DNA of 64,000 nucleotides, taken from an uncultured delta proteobacterium (GTDB lineage: Bacteria > Myxococcota_A > UBA9160 > SZUA-336). The DNA lies in contig CAVPHD010000004.1 in the NCBI GenBank assembly GCA_963704165.1, forward strand, positions 581,487-645,486. The letters are read 5' to 3'. The notes below the pieces were generated by a model. It was not told where the DNA came from, ran no database searches, and worked only from the letters and a program-made list of their open reading frames with translations. Shown one piece after another: positions 24,806-33,937 of this stretch (within the stretch, counting starts at the first letter, position 1; each line of letters opens with the position of its first letter). The translations under genes were made by a program, and so were the position numbers.

Positions 24806-25663
24806 TCAGTACCGAGTGATGCCGGGCCGATTCGCGTAGCCGAGGTACGCGATCCTGCGGAAGCCGATGTCCATGTCGTCGGCGACGGTTCGCAAAGTCC
24901 GCTCGTCGGCGATCTCGAACTCGGGGAGCCTCGCGAGGTTCTCGCGCAACGCGTCCTCGATCGGGGCGCGGAGCTCGACCTCGATCTCGTGGGGCCCGGG
25001 CTGATCGAGGTAGGCGGGCAGCTCGCCGGCGAGTGCGCGTTCGACCGCGCGCTTCGCACCGGACCGGATCGCCTCGCGCGCACGCGCGGGTGGAATCACG
25101 TCGCCCGAGACGTTCGAGAGCGCGCGCTTCACCTCGACGCGCTCGATCCAGGGCGCGCGCTTGGCGAGCTCGGCGATCAACACCTGATCGCCGCTGACCA
25201 GGCCGACCGGCACGCGGAGCTCTCCGGCGCGGATCGTCATGATCTCCGACTCCCCGACGGGAACTCCGCCGATGCGCACGCTCTTGAAGCGCTCGTACGA
25301 GACGGTGTGCGCCATGATTCCCGGGAACGACCCCGCGCGCGCGTGGTGGCCGACGAAGAACACCACGCCGACCGTCGCGTCGAGGCCCGACATGGTGCTC
25401 GCCGCGGGCCGACCGGCGCCGCGGATCACGCGGCAGCGCGGATCGATCTCGTCGATCACCAGATCGCAGAGCTCCTCGACGCCGTGGTTCTCTTCGACCA
25501 CGACCTCGGTCGCGCCGCCCTCGAACGCGCCCTCGATCGCCGCGTTCGCGTCCGCGGTCATCAGCCGGCGGTTGCGCTGGAAATCCATTCCGGACGAGAT
25601 CACGTCGGCCCAACGCACCAGACCCGAGATGCCCTCCATGTCGACGGAGAGCCAGACCTTCAC
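24806..25663 (-). CDS. M55 family D-aminopeptidase (DppA-like)
   Basis: SVDMEGISG, GHHARAG, AHT, VPVGLVSGD; GTGA overlap with ridA stop. Confidence 0.9.
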   Translation of the reverse strand: MKVWLSVDMEGISGLVRWADVISSGMDFQRNRRLMTADANAAIEGAFEGGATEVVVEENHGVEELCDLVIDEIDPRCRVIRGAGRPAASTMSGLDATVGVVFFVGHHARAGSFPGIMAHTVSYERFKSVRIGGVPVGESEIMTIRAGELRVPVGLVSGDQVLIAELAKRAPWIERVEVKRALSNVSGDVIPPARAREAIRSGAKRAVERALAGELPAYLDQPGPHEIEVELRAPIEDALRENLARLPEFEIADERTLRTVADDMDIGFRRIAYLGYANRPGITRY

Positions 25664-26043
25664 GGCTTGTAGGCCACGCAATCGATCTCGACGAACGCGC
25701 CGAGCGCGAGCGCCGAGCAGCCGACGGTGATGCGCGCCGGCGGGTCGCTCGGAAAGAACTCGAGGTAGGCCTCGTTCATCTCGCCGAACTTCGCCATGTC
25801 GGTGACGAAGACGTTCACCTTCACGACGTCCGAAAGCTCCGCGCCCGCGCCGCGCAGGATCGACTGGATGTTCAGGATCGTCTGGCGCGTCTCGGCCTTG
25901 GCGCCGCCCGGGACGAGCTCGAACGAGCCGGTCTTCGTGCCGAGCGTGCCCGACACGAAGATGAAGCCACCGGCGCGCGTGGCGTGAGAGAAGGCCTTCA
26001 ACTTGCCGAGCTCGGGAACGTTGATCTTGCGGATGTCGGTCAT
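25660..26043 (-). CDS. RidA/YjgF family protein
   Basis: FIFVSG, DVVKVNVF, PPAR, VEIDCVA. Confidence 0.92.
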   Translation of the reverse strand: MTDIRKINVPELGKLKAFSHATRAGGFIFVSGTLGTKTGSFELVPGGAKAETRQTILNIQSILRGAGAELSDVVKVNVFVTDMAKFGEMNEAYLEFFPSDPPARITVGCSALALGAFVEIDCVAYKP

Positions 26044-26069
26044 GGGAGCGCGATGGTACCATCGAACGC

Positions 26070-26468
26070 ATGAAGCTTGGCGGTGTTCACCACGTGTCGA
26101 TCAACGTCCACGACGTCGAGCTCACCGGCCGCTTCTACACGGACGTGCTCGGGCTCGAGGTGCTCCCCCGGCCCGACTTCCCGTTCAAGGGCCTGTGGCT
26201 GCGCGCGGGCGGCCAGCAGATCCACCTGATCGAAGTCGCGGATCACCATGCGCCCGAAGGCCAGCACTTCGCGTTCGGCGTCGACGACATCGACTCGGTC
26301 TGCGCCGCGCTCGAGGCGCGCGGCGTGAAGGTGAGCGCGCCGATGATCGTGCCGGGTGCGGGACGTCAGGCGTTCTTCCGCGACCCGTCGGGGAATCTCG
26401 TCGAGCTGAACCAACCGCGAGGGGTGGATCCGGTCGGCGCGCGCGAAGAGCGGCGCCCGGGCACTTGA
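26070..26468 (+). CDS. VOC/glyoxalase family protein
   Basis: HHVSI, FYTDVLGL, HFAF, FFRDPSGNLVEL. Confidence 0.9.
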   Translation: MKLGGVHHVSINVHDVELTGRFYTDVLGLEVLPRPDFPFKGLWLRAGGQQIHLIEVADHHAPEGQHFAFGVDDIDSVCAALEARGVKVSAPMIVPGAGRQAFFRDPSGNLVELNQPRGVDPVGAREERRPGT

Positions 26469-26758
26469 GCGCGGACGGCGACATCGCGTCGAACGCGGCG
26501 GAGAAGCTGCGAGCGCTCTCGGCGCGCCGCTTCCGGCTCGCGATCACGCTGACGGCGCTCGTGATGATCGTCTACTTCGGCTTCATCGCACTCGTCGCGT
26601 TCGATCCGGGTCTGCTCGCCCTGCGGGTCGTGCCCGGACTGACGCTCGGCATCCTGCTCGGAGCGCTGGTGATCGTGCTCGCGTGTCTGTCGACGCTGAT
26701 CTACGTGTACTGGGCGAATCGGCACTACGACGACGCGCTCGAGCGCCTGAAGGGCTAG
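26465..26758 (+). CDS. DUF485 (YjcH-like) small membrane protein
   Basis: Two TMs, YFGFI...IYVYWANRHYD; directly upstream of actP. Confidence 0.85.
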   Translation: MSADGDIASNAAEKLRALSARRFRLAITLTALVMIVYFGFIALVAFDPGLLALRVVPGLTLGILLGALVIVLACLSTLIYVYWANRHYDDALERLKG

Positions 26759-26761
26759 CGC

Positions 26762-28304
26762 GTGGGCACGCAGATCGGCGAGCCGAACCTGATCGCGATG
26801 GCTTCTTCTTCGTCTTCATCGCGATCACGCTCGGCGATCACCTGTTGGGCCGCGCGCCGCACCCGCACGACCGAGCAGTTCTACGCCGCGGGGCGCAAGG
26901 TGACCGCCGGCCAGAACGGCTTCGCGCTCGCGGGCGACTACATGAGCGCGGCGTCGTTCCTGGGCATCGCGGGGCTCGTCTCGACGACCGGGCTTCGACG
27001 GGCTGATCTACTCGACAGGCTGGCTGGTCGGCTGGCCGGTCGTGCTCTTCCTGATCGCGGAGCCGCTGCGCAACCTCGGCCGCTACACCTTCGCCGACGT
27101 CGTGGCGCTGCGCTTCCGGCAGACACCGGTGCGGATCGCCGCGGCGTTCGGCACGCTCGCGACCGTGATCTTCTACCTGATCGCGCAGATGGTCGGCGCC
27201 GGGGGCCTGATCCGGCTGCTGTTCGGGATTTCGTACGAGCTGTCGGTGACGATCGTCGGCGTCGCGATGCTCGCCTACGTGCTCTTCGGCGGGCATGATC
27301 GCGACGACCTGGGTGCAGATCGTGAAGGCGGTGCTGCTGCTCGCGGGCGCGAGCGCTGCTCGCGGTGCTCGTGCTCGCGCGGTTCGACATGAATCCGCTC
27401 GACGCTCTTCGCCGCGGCCGCGGACTGTACGGCGACGCCGTGCTCGCGCCCGGCAAGCTCGTCTCGAATCCGCTCGACGCGATCTCGCTCGGCATGGCGC
27501 TGATGTTCGGCACCGCGGGGCTGCCGCACATCCTGATGCGCTTCTACACCGTGCCGGACGCGCGCGCGGCGCGCACGAGCGTCTTCTACGCGACGGGGCT
27601 GATCGGCTTCTTCTACCTGATGACCTTCGTGCTCGGCTTCGGCGCGATGGTGCTCGTCGGCCCGGCTGCGATCCGCGCGGTCGACGCGGGCGGCAACATG
27701 GCGGCGCCGCTGCTCGCCGAGCTGCTCGGCGGCACGCCGTTCCTCGGCTTCATCTCGGCGGTCGCGTTCGCGACGATCCTCGCGGTGGTCGCGGGCCTCA
27801 CGCTCTCGGGCGCCGCCGCGCTCTCGCACGACCTCTGGGTCAGCGTCGTGCGCGGCGGACACGCGGACTCGCGCGAGCAGCTGCTGCGTCGCGCGCCTCG
27901 CGACGGTCGTGCTCGGCCTGCTCGCGATCGCGCTCGGCATCACCTTCAAGGGCCAGAACGTCGCGTTCATGGTGTCGCTCGCGTTCGCGATCGCGGCGAG
28001 CGCGAACTTCCCGGCGCTGCTGCTCTCGATCTTCTGGGGTCGCTGCACCACCATGGGCACGGTCGCGAGCATGGTGACGGGCACGGTGTCGACGCTTCTC
28101 TTGATCTGGTTCTCGCCGACGATCCAGCTCGAGATCCTCGGCGCCGACTCCGCTTGGTTCCCGCTCAAGAACCCCGCGCTCGTCACGATTCCGCTCTCGT
28201 TCCTGACCGCGATCGTCGTCTCGCTGCTCACGCCCGAATCCGGCACGGCTTCGAAGTTCGCCGAGGTCCAGCGACGCGGGCACCTCGGGAGGGCGGGGGA
28301 GTGA
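26762..28304 (+). CDS. actP: ActP-like sodium:solute symporter (cation/acetate), multiple frameshifts
   Basis: [56 protein letters not shown] in successive frames. Confidence 0.85.
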
Positions 28305-29656
28305 AGCGGGTGCGCGTCTTGATCCTCGGCGCCGCGGGGCGCGACTTCCACTACTTCAACATCGTGTACCGCGACGATCCCTCGAGCGAGGTCGTCGCGT
28401 TCACGGCCGCGCAGATCCCGGGGATCGCGACGCGGAACTATCCCGCCGTCGCTCGCGGGACCGCAGTACCCCAAGGGAATCCCGATCGTGGACGAAGCCG
28501 AGCTCGAGCGGATCTGCAAGACGCACGAGGTCGATCGCGTCGTCTTCGCCTACAGCGACTCACGCACGCCGAGGTCATGCACCTCGCCTCGCGCGCGCTC
28601 GCCTGCGGCGCCGACTTCGTCCTGCTCGGACCGCGCGCGCACCATGCTTCGCTCGCGCCGGCCGGTGATCGCGGTCTCGGCCGTGCGCACGGGCTGCGGC
28701 AAATCCCAGACCTCGCGCTGGATCGTGCGACGCCTCGCGCGCGCGGGTCTGCGCGTCGCCGCGTTGCGCCACCCGATGCCCTACGGCGATCTCGAGCGCC
28801 AGCGCGTGCAGCGCTTCGCGACCCGCGCCGATCTCGAGGCCGCCGACTGCACGATCGAAGAGCGGGAGGAGTACGAGCCCTACGTCGCGGCCGGAGCCGT
28901 GGTCTTCGCCGGCGTCGACTACGCCGAGATCCTCGCGCGGGCCGAGGCGGATGCCGACGTTCTGGTCTGGGACGGCGGCAACAACGACTTCCCGTTCCTC
29001 TGGCCCGGACCTGCACATCGCCATCGTCGATGCGCTGCGCCCGGACCAGGTCGACGACGCACCACCCGGGCGAGGCGGTGCTGCGGATGGCCGACGTCGT
29101 CGTCGTGAACAAGGTCGATGCCGCCGCCGAGCGCCGACGTGCAGCGCGCTGATGCGATGCGCGCGCGCGTGTCGAACCCGCGCGCGCGGATCGTGCGCAC
29201 CGCCTCGCCGGTCGCTCGCTCGACGACGCCGGACGCCGTGTCGGGGAAGTCGCGTGCTCGTCGTCGAGGACGGCCCGACCCTCACCCACGGCGGCATGTC
29301 GTACGGCGCGGGCTTCGTCGCCGCGACGCGCGCCGGTGTCGCCGAGATCGTCGACCCGCGCGCCGTCCGCCGCGCCCGGGATCGCCGAGGTCTACGCGCG
29401 CTACCCGCACATCGGCCGCGTGCTTCCCGCGATGGGCTACAGCGAGGCGCAGCGCGAGGCGCTTCGCCGGACGATCGAGGCCTCGAAGGCCGACGTCGTG
29501 GTGTCGGCGACGCCGATCGATCTCGCCTCGCTGCTCGGCCTGACGAAGCCCGTCGTCCGCGTCCGCTACGAGCTCGAGGAAGTCGACGCGCCGGGGCTCG
29601 GCTCGATCGTCGATGCGTTCGTCGCCGGACACGCGTCCGGCGGGCGGGGGAGCTGA
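28301..29656 (+). CDS. arcE: COG2403-type P-loop protein, probable arginine synthetase (ArcE), multiple frameshifts
   Basis: [51 protein letters not shown]; precedes OTC and carbamate kinase. Confidence 0.75.
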
Positions 29657-29658
29657 GC

Positions 29659-30594
29659 GTGCTGCGGCACCTGCTTCGCACGAGCGACCTGACGCCCGGC
29701 GACCTCGAGCACCTGCTCGCGCTCGCCGCTGCGTTCAAGTCCGACCCGCAAAGCGCGCGCACGCGCCTTCACAACGAGTCGGTCGTGCTCTACTTCAACA
29801 AACCCTCGACGCGCACGCGGATCTCGTTCGAGACCGCAGTGGCGAGACTCGGGGGGACGCCGATCGGTGTCGGGGCGACGGATCTTCAGCTCGGCCGCGG
29901 CGAGACGATCGAGGACACCGCGGCCGTGATCGGCCGCTACGCTCGCGCCTTCGTGATCCGCACCTTCGCGCACGAAGACGTCGAGCGCTTCGCCCGTGTC
30001 TCGACGATCCCCGTCGTGAACGCGCTCACCGACGCGCACCATCCGTGCCAGAGCCTGGCGGACCTGCTCGTCCTGCGCGAGAAGACCGGCGCGCTCGCGG
30101 GCCGGAAGCTCGCCTACGTCGGCGCGGGCAACAACGTGACGCACAGCCTGCTCGAGGCCTGCGCGCTCGCGGGCGTGCACACGGCGGTCGCCACGCCGAC
30201 CGGCTACGCACCCGATCCCGCGATCGTCGCGCGCGCGCGCGAGCTCGCGCGCGAGAGCGGCGCGCGGATCGAGATCGGCACCGACCCGCGCGAGGCGGTG
30301 CGCGACGCGGACGCGGTCTACACCGACACGTGGCTCTCGATGGGGGATCCGGAATCGGAACGCGCGAAGCGGCTCCGGGCGCTCGGCCCGTACCGGGTCG
30401 ATGCGCGGCTCATGTCCTGCGCGCGGCCCGCTGCGATCTTCATGCACTGCCTGCCCGTGCACCGCGGCGAAGAGGTCGACGCCGAGGTCGTCGACGGTCC
30501 GCGCTCGGTCGTCTTCGCACAGGCCGAGAACCGGCTTCACACCGCCGTCGCCGTGCTGTCCGCGCTTCTCGACGGCGCGCTCGAGGGCGCGTGA
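29659..30594 (+). CDS. arcB: Ornithine carbamoyltransferase (likely catabolic)
   Basis: KPSTRT, HPCQ, YTDTW, MHCLP, QAENR. Confidence 0.92.
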   Translation: MLRHLLRTSDLTPGDLEHLLALAAAFKSDPQSARTRLHNESVVLYFNKPSTRTRISFETAVARLGGTPIGVGATDLQLGRGETIEDTAAVIGRYARAFVIRTFAHEDVERFARVSTIPVVNALTDAHHPCQSLADLLVLREKTGALAGRKLAYVGAGNNVTHSLLEACALAGVHTAVATPTGYAPDPAIVARARELARESGARIEIGTDPREAVRDADAVYTDTWLSMGDPESERAKRLRALGPYRVDARLMSCARPAAIFMHCLPVHRGEEVDAEVVDGPRSVVFAQAENRLHTAVAVLSALLDGALEGA

Positions 30595-31514
30595 TGCGCG
30601 TCGTGGTCGCGCTCGGCGGGAACGCGCTCCTTCGCTCCGGCGAGCGCCCCGAGGTCGAGGTGCAGCGACGGAACCTGCGCCGCGCCGCGGGCGCGATCGC
30701 GGAGATCGCGCGCGAACACACGCTGGTGTTGACTCACGGGAACGGCCCGCAGATCGGCTTTCTCGCGCTCCAGTCCGAGGCCGCGGCCGAGGCGTCGGGT
30801 ATCGGCGCGCGCCCCGACCCGCTCGACGTGCTCGGCGCGCAGACCGACGCCGTCATCGGCTACCTGATCGACCAGGAGCTCGCACCGCTCCTGCCCGGCC
30901 GCGAGATCGCGACGCTGCTGACGCAGGTCGAGGTCGATCCCCGCGACCCCGCGTTCGGCACGCCGACCAAGCCGATCGGCCCGGTCTACGACGAAGCGCG
31001 TGCGCGCGCGCTCGCGGCCGAGCGCGGCTGGTCGATCGGCGAGGTCCACGGCGGATTCCGCCGCGTCGTCGCGTCACCCGAGCCGAAGCGCATTCGCGAG
31101 ATCGGCGTGATCCGCCGGCTCGTCGACTCGGGCGTGATCGTGATCTGCGCGGGCGGTGGCGGAATCCCCGTCGCCGTCACCGAGTCGGGGGCGCTTCGCG
31201 GCGTCGAAGCCGTGATCGACAAGGACCTGACGAGCGCGCTCCTCGCCGTCGAGCTCGCCGCCGACGTGCTCCTGCTGCTGACGGACGTATCGGCGATCTA
31301 CGAGGACTGGCCGAACCCCGCGCAACGCCCGATCCGCCGCATCACTCCCGCCGCCCTCCGCGCCCGCACGCTCCCCGCCGGCTCGATGCGCCCGAAAGCC
31401 GAAGCTGCCTGCCGCTTCGCCGAACGCACCGGCAAGCGCGCCGCCATCGGCGCCCTCGAAGACGCCGCCGGGCTGCTCGCGGGAACGGCGGGGACGAGTG
31501 TCGGTGCCGAGTGA
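30594..31514 (+). CDS. arcC: Carbamate kinase
   Basis: VVALGGNAL, THGNGPQIG, PTKPIG, RRVVASP, GVEAVIDKD, GSMRPK. Confidence 0.95.
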   Translation: MRVVVALGGNALLRSGERPEVEVQRRNLRRAAGAIAEIAREHTLVLTHGNGPQIGFLALQSEAAAEASGIGARPDPLDVLGAQTDAVIGYLIDQELAPLLPGREIATLLTQVEVDPRDPAFGTPTKPIGPVYDEARARALAAERGWSIGEVHGGFRRVVASPEPKRIREIGVIRRLVDSGVIVICAGGGGIPVAVTESGALRGVEAVIDKDLTSALLAVELAADVLLLLTDVSAIYEDWPNPAQRPIRRITPAALRARTLPAGSMRPKAEAACRFAERTGKRAAIGALEDAAGLLAGTAGTSVGAE

Positions 31515-32019
31515 TGTACGGGGTGAGCGGCGGGTATCGGCGCGAGGAAGGTCGAACCTGCGACCATGAACCGGCTCGGATCGCCCGGACGGCTCGTTGC
31601 GCCGTATTGCCGTGGGGGGTGCGTCAGGGGTACGCTGATTCCCGAGAGCCACACGGTTTCGATGTTTCGTGTCGCGACACGCATCGTCGCCTTCGGCAGG
31701 GGCGTTGCTTCTCTCGATCTGTTCCCTGGGCTCTTCGGCCGTCGGGGCGATTCGACGGCGTTCCAGCTCGGATGCAAGAAGGTGATCCCGCATCATGCCG
31801 ATCGTCGCGCAGCTGGTCGTGATTGCACTTCGCGTTGCAGCGCTGTGCGCGTGTATCGTGTACCTCGACGCCTGTTAGCAGGTCGCTGACGAAGCAACTC
31901 GAAACGAGTGTGCGCGTGTCGCCGTCGTCGTGAAGCGGACGTCGGGGAGTGCCGGTCGAGGGTGGGCGAGTCGAACGAATCCGCAGCGGACGTTGTTCTA
32001 CCAGCGAACCAGCTCTTGC

Positions 32020-32447
32020 TCGCCTTGATGGGTGGCTACCGGCTCGACGCGTCCGGCGTTCTCGACGCGAGCTGCGAGAGCTTCGTGCCGATCGAGGTCG
32101 CGATCGATCCGGGCGAGTACACGCGGCGGCTGCGAGCGCAGGATCCAGGCCACCGAGCCGTGGACTTCCGGGGCGAGAAGCGCAGCAACGCGACGCATCG
32201 TTCGGCGACGGATCCCGAGCGTCGATTCGCGTCGAAGGGAACGACGGGAAGCGGAGCGATTCCTGGGTACACGGTGAACGCGTTGATGGAGAACCGACAC
32301 AGGATCTTGTTGGGCATCGGTATCGAGATCTTTCGATCGTCGGCGTCGGAGACGGAAGGATTCAAGAGACTGCTGCAACGTGCGCGCCGGCGCCTGCGGT
32401 TCAAGCCGAGCACGATTGGCGCGGAGAAGGGTTGGGCATCCGCGTGA
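32020..32447 (+). pseudogene. IS5/IS1182-type transposase internal fragment
   Basis: DFRGEKRSNATHRSATDP...GYTVNALMENRH; N- and C-termini absent. Confidence 0.8.
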
Positions 32448-32563
32448 CGAGGGGATGGGAAGAACCAGAGGGGTTCTGGCGGCCGGGAACGGACGTCATG
32501 ACGAACGCAGCGCCACTACCTTGATCCAGCCCGAGCGAAGAGGGAAGGAAGCGCCAATGGCGC

Positions 32564-32674
32564 TCACCCACCGGTGAGTGAGTTCACGTGCTCGGGCCGG
32601 TTCATGGTGACGGTGGCGACGCCCTTGGCTCTGCGCTCGACGCGTACGGGCTGGCCCGTATTGCGATCCTGCAC
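32564..32674 (-). pseudogene. Enoyl-CoA hydratase N-terminal stub
   Basis: GVATVTMNRPEHVNSL, then truncated. Confidence 0.55.
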
Positions 32675-32679
32675 CGCGC

Positions 32680-33159
32680 CTAATCGCGCTGCGCGTTCCG
32701 CCGCGCGCCGCGCAGCGCCCCGATCGCGGCCTCCCACGCGCCCTCGCTGCAGAGCCCGCGCATGGAGGCGTCCTCGTACTCGGCGAGCAGCGCCTCGAAG
32801 CGCACGAAGAGCTCGCGCTCCTCGAAGCGAACGTGCCGCTCGAGCAGAGCCGCGAACTCGGCGAGGACCGGCGCGCTCGCGCCCTCGCGCACCAGCTCGC
32901 GAAGCCGCGCGTGATCCGCGCGCGCGCGCTCGACTCGCGCGGTCTCGCCCGCCTCCTCGAGCCTCGGAAGCAGCCAGCGCTCCTCGATTTTGAAGTGTGG
33001 CTCGAGCTCCGCCGCGAACTTCCGGCACACGTCCTGCCACTGCGCGCCGAGCGCGCCCACATCGTCCGCGCGCTCCGCCGCACGCCGCGTGCGCCGCGCA
33101 AGCACCAGCGCGCCGTGATGATCATCGGAGAGCGGCCGCAGATCCGGATGGCGCTTCAC
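32680..33159 (-). CDS. Hemerythrin-domain protein
   Basis: LSDDHH, HFKIEE, DH, HVRFEERELF. Confidence 0.85.
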   Translation of the reverse strand: MKRHPDLRPLSDDHHGALVLARRTRRAAERADDVGALGAQWQDVCRKFAAELEPHFKIEERWLLPRLEEAGETARVERARADHARLRELVREGASAPVLAEFAALLERHVRFEERELFVRFEALLAEYEDASMRGLCSEGAWEAAIGALRGARRNAQRD

Positions 33160-33590
33160 GTGTCGCTCCCGGCCACGGCGATCTCGTAGCGCGCGAGCTC
33201 GGCCCCGCACTGCCGGCACTTCGCGGGCCCACGCTCCGACCAGCCCGGGCGCGCCTGCGTCCAGCGCCCGCAGGCACCGCACTTCCGCGCCCGGTCGTGG
33301 TCGTCGGCCATCGTGAACTCGCTGAACGACCCCTCGACGCACCAGCGCCGGAAGCCCGGCATCAGCGTCTGGCGGTGGAACTCGTGTTCGACCCAGCGCC
33401 GCAGCGCCTCGCCGTCCGTCCAGAACGTGGTGAACAGGAAGCGCCGCTCCGCCGGCCGCTCCCAGACCACGGCCTGTAGACAACCCGCGACCGCCCGCGC
33501 CTCGCGAAGCGTCCGCTCGAGATGCTCGCGGAGCTCGGCCTCTCCGGCTTCGGAGCACCCGAACTCGGCGAGAACCAGAAGTGGGGTCAT
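33156..33590 (-). CDS. Antibiotic biosynthesis monooxygenase (ABM)-like protein with C-terminal CxxC..CxxC
   Basis: ARAVAGCL...TFWTDGEALRRWVEHEFH; CGAC...CRQC. Confidence 0.65.
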   Translation of the reverse strand: MTPLLVLAEFGCSEAGEAELREHLERTLREARAVAGCLQAVVWERPAERRFLFTTFWTDGEALRRWVEHEFHRQTLMPGFRRWCVEGSFSEFTMADDHDRARKCGACGRWTQARPGWSERGPAKCRQCGAELARYEIAVAGSDT

Positions 33591-33694
33591 GGAGCCAGCA
33601 CTATATCGCCGATGGCGGCGTGGAATCCGCCGATACCCGCCTGACTCGCGGCCTCTGCGAAGTGCTGATCACCGAGGCGCTCGCGGCCGGGCTC

Positions 33695-33843
33695 TTCCTG
33701 TCTGCATAGTGCCTTTCCCCGAACCCGACGGGCGGCACGTTCCCGATCGAGCTGCGCGGCCCGCGGTTGTCGAACCCGTCGACCCACGCAAGTGTCGCGA
33801 ACTCCACGTCTTCGACGTTCCCCCACGGACCGCTGTGCCGACG
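33695..33843 (-). pseudogene. IS3-family transposase C-terminal remnant
   Basis: GPWGNVEDVEFATLAWVDGFDNR...IGNVPP. Confidence 0.75.
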
Positions 33844-33937
33844 AGGCGTACGCCACCCTGGCAGCGCCCACTCAGGCGTACCGCCGAAAGCGCCAACCAC
33901 CGAAACAACTCATCCGAGTCGCTTCGTCAGCAGGCTG

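Larger units (their letters stand above)
31879..33937 (+). mobile_element. Degenerate IS5-like element with passenger DNA
   Basis: Imperfect terminal IRs CAGGTCGCTGACGAAGCAACTCGAA / CAGCCTGCTGACGAAGCGACTCGGA (20/25); TTAG directly outside both ends; transposase fragment inside. Confidence 0.7.

Noticed and set aside
26762..29656. Programmed frameshifting or phase variation
   Set aside because: Too many indels per gene and no consistent slippery tracts; sequencing error is simpler
31298..31889. ORFs 31298-31777 (-) and 31566-31889 (+)
   Set aside because: No motifs, atypical codon use, and overlap with arcC or the IS end
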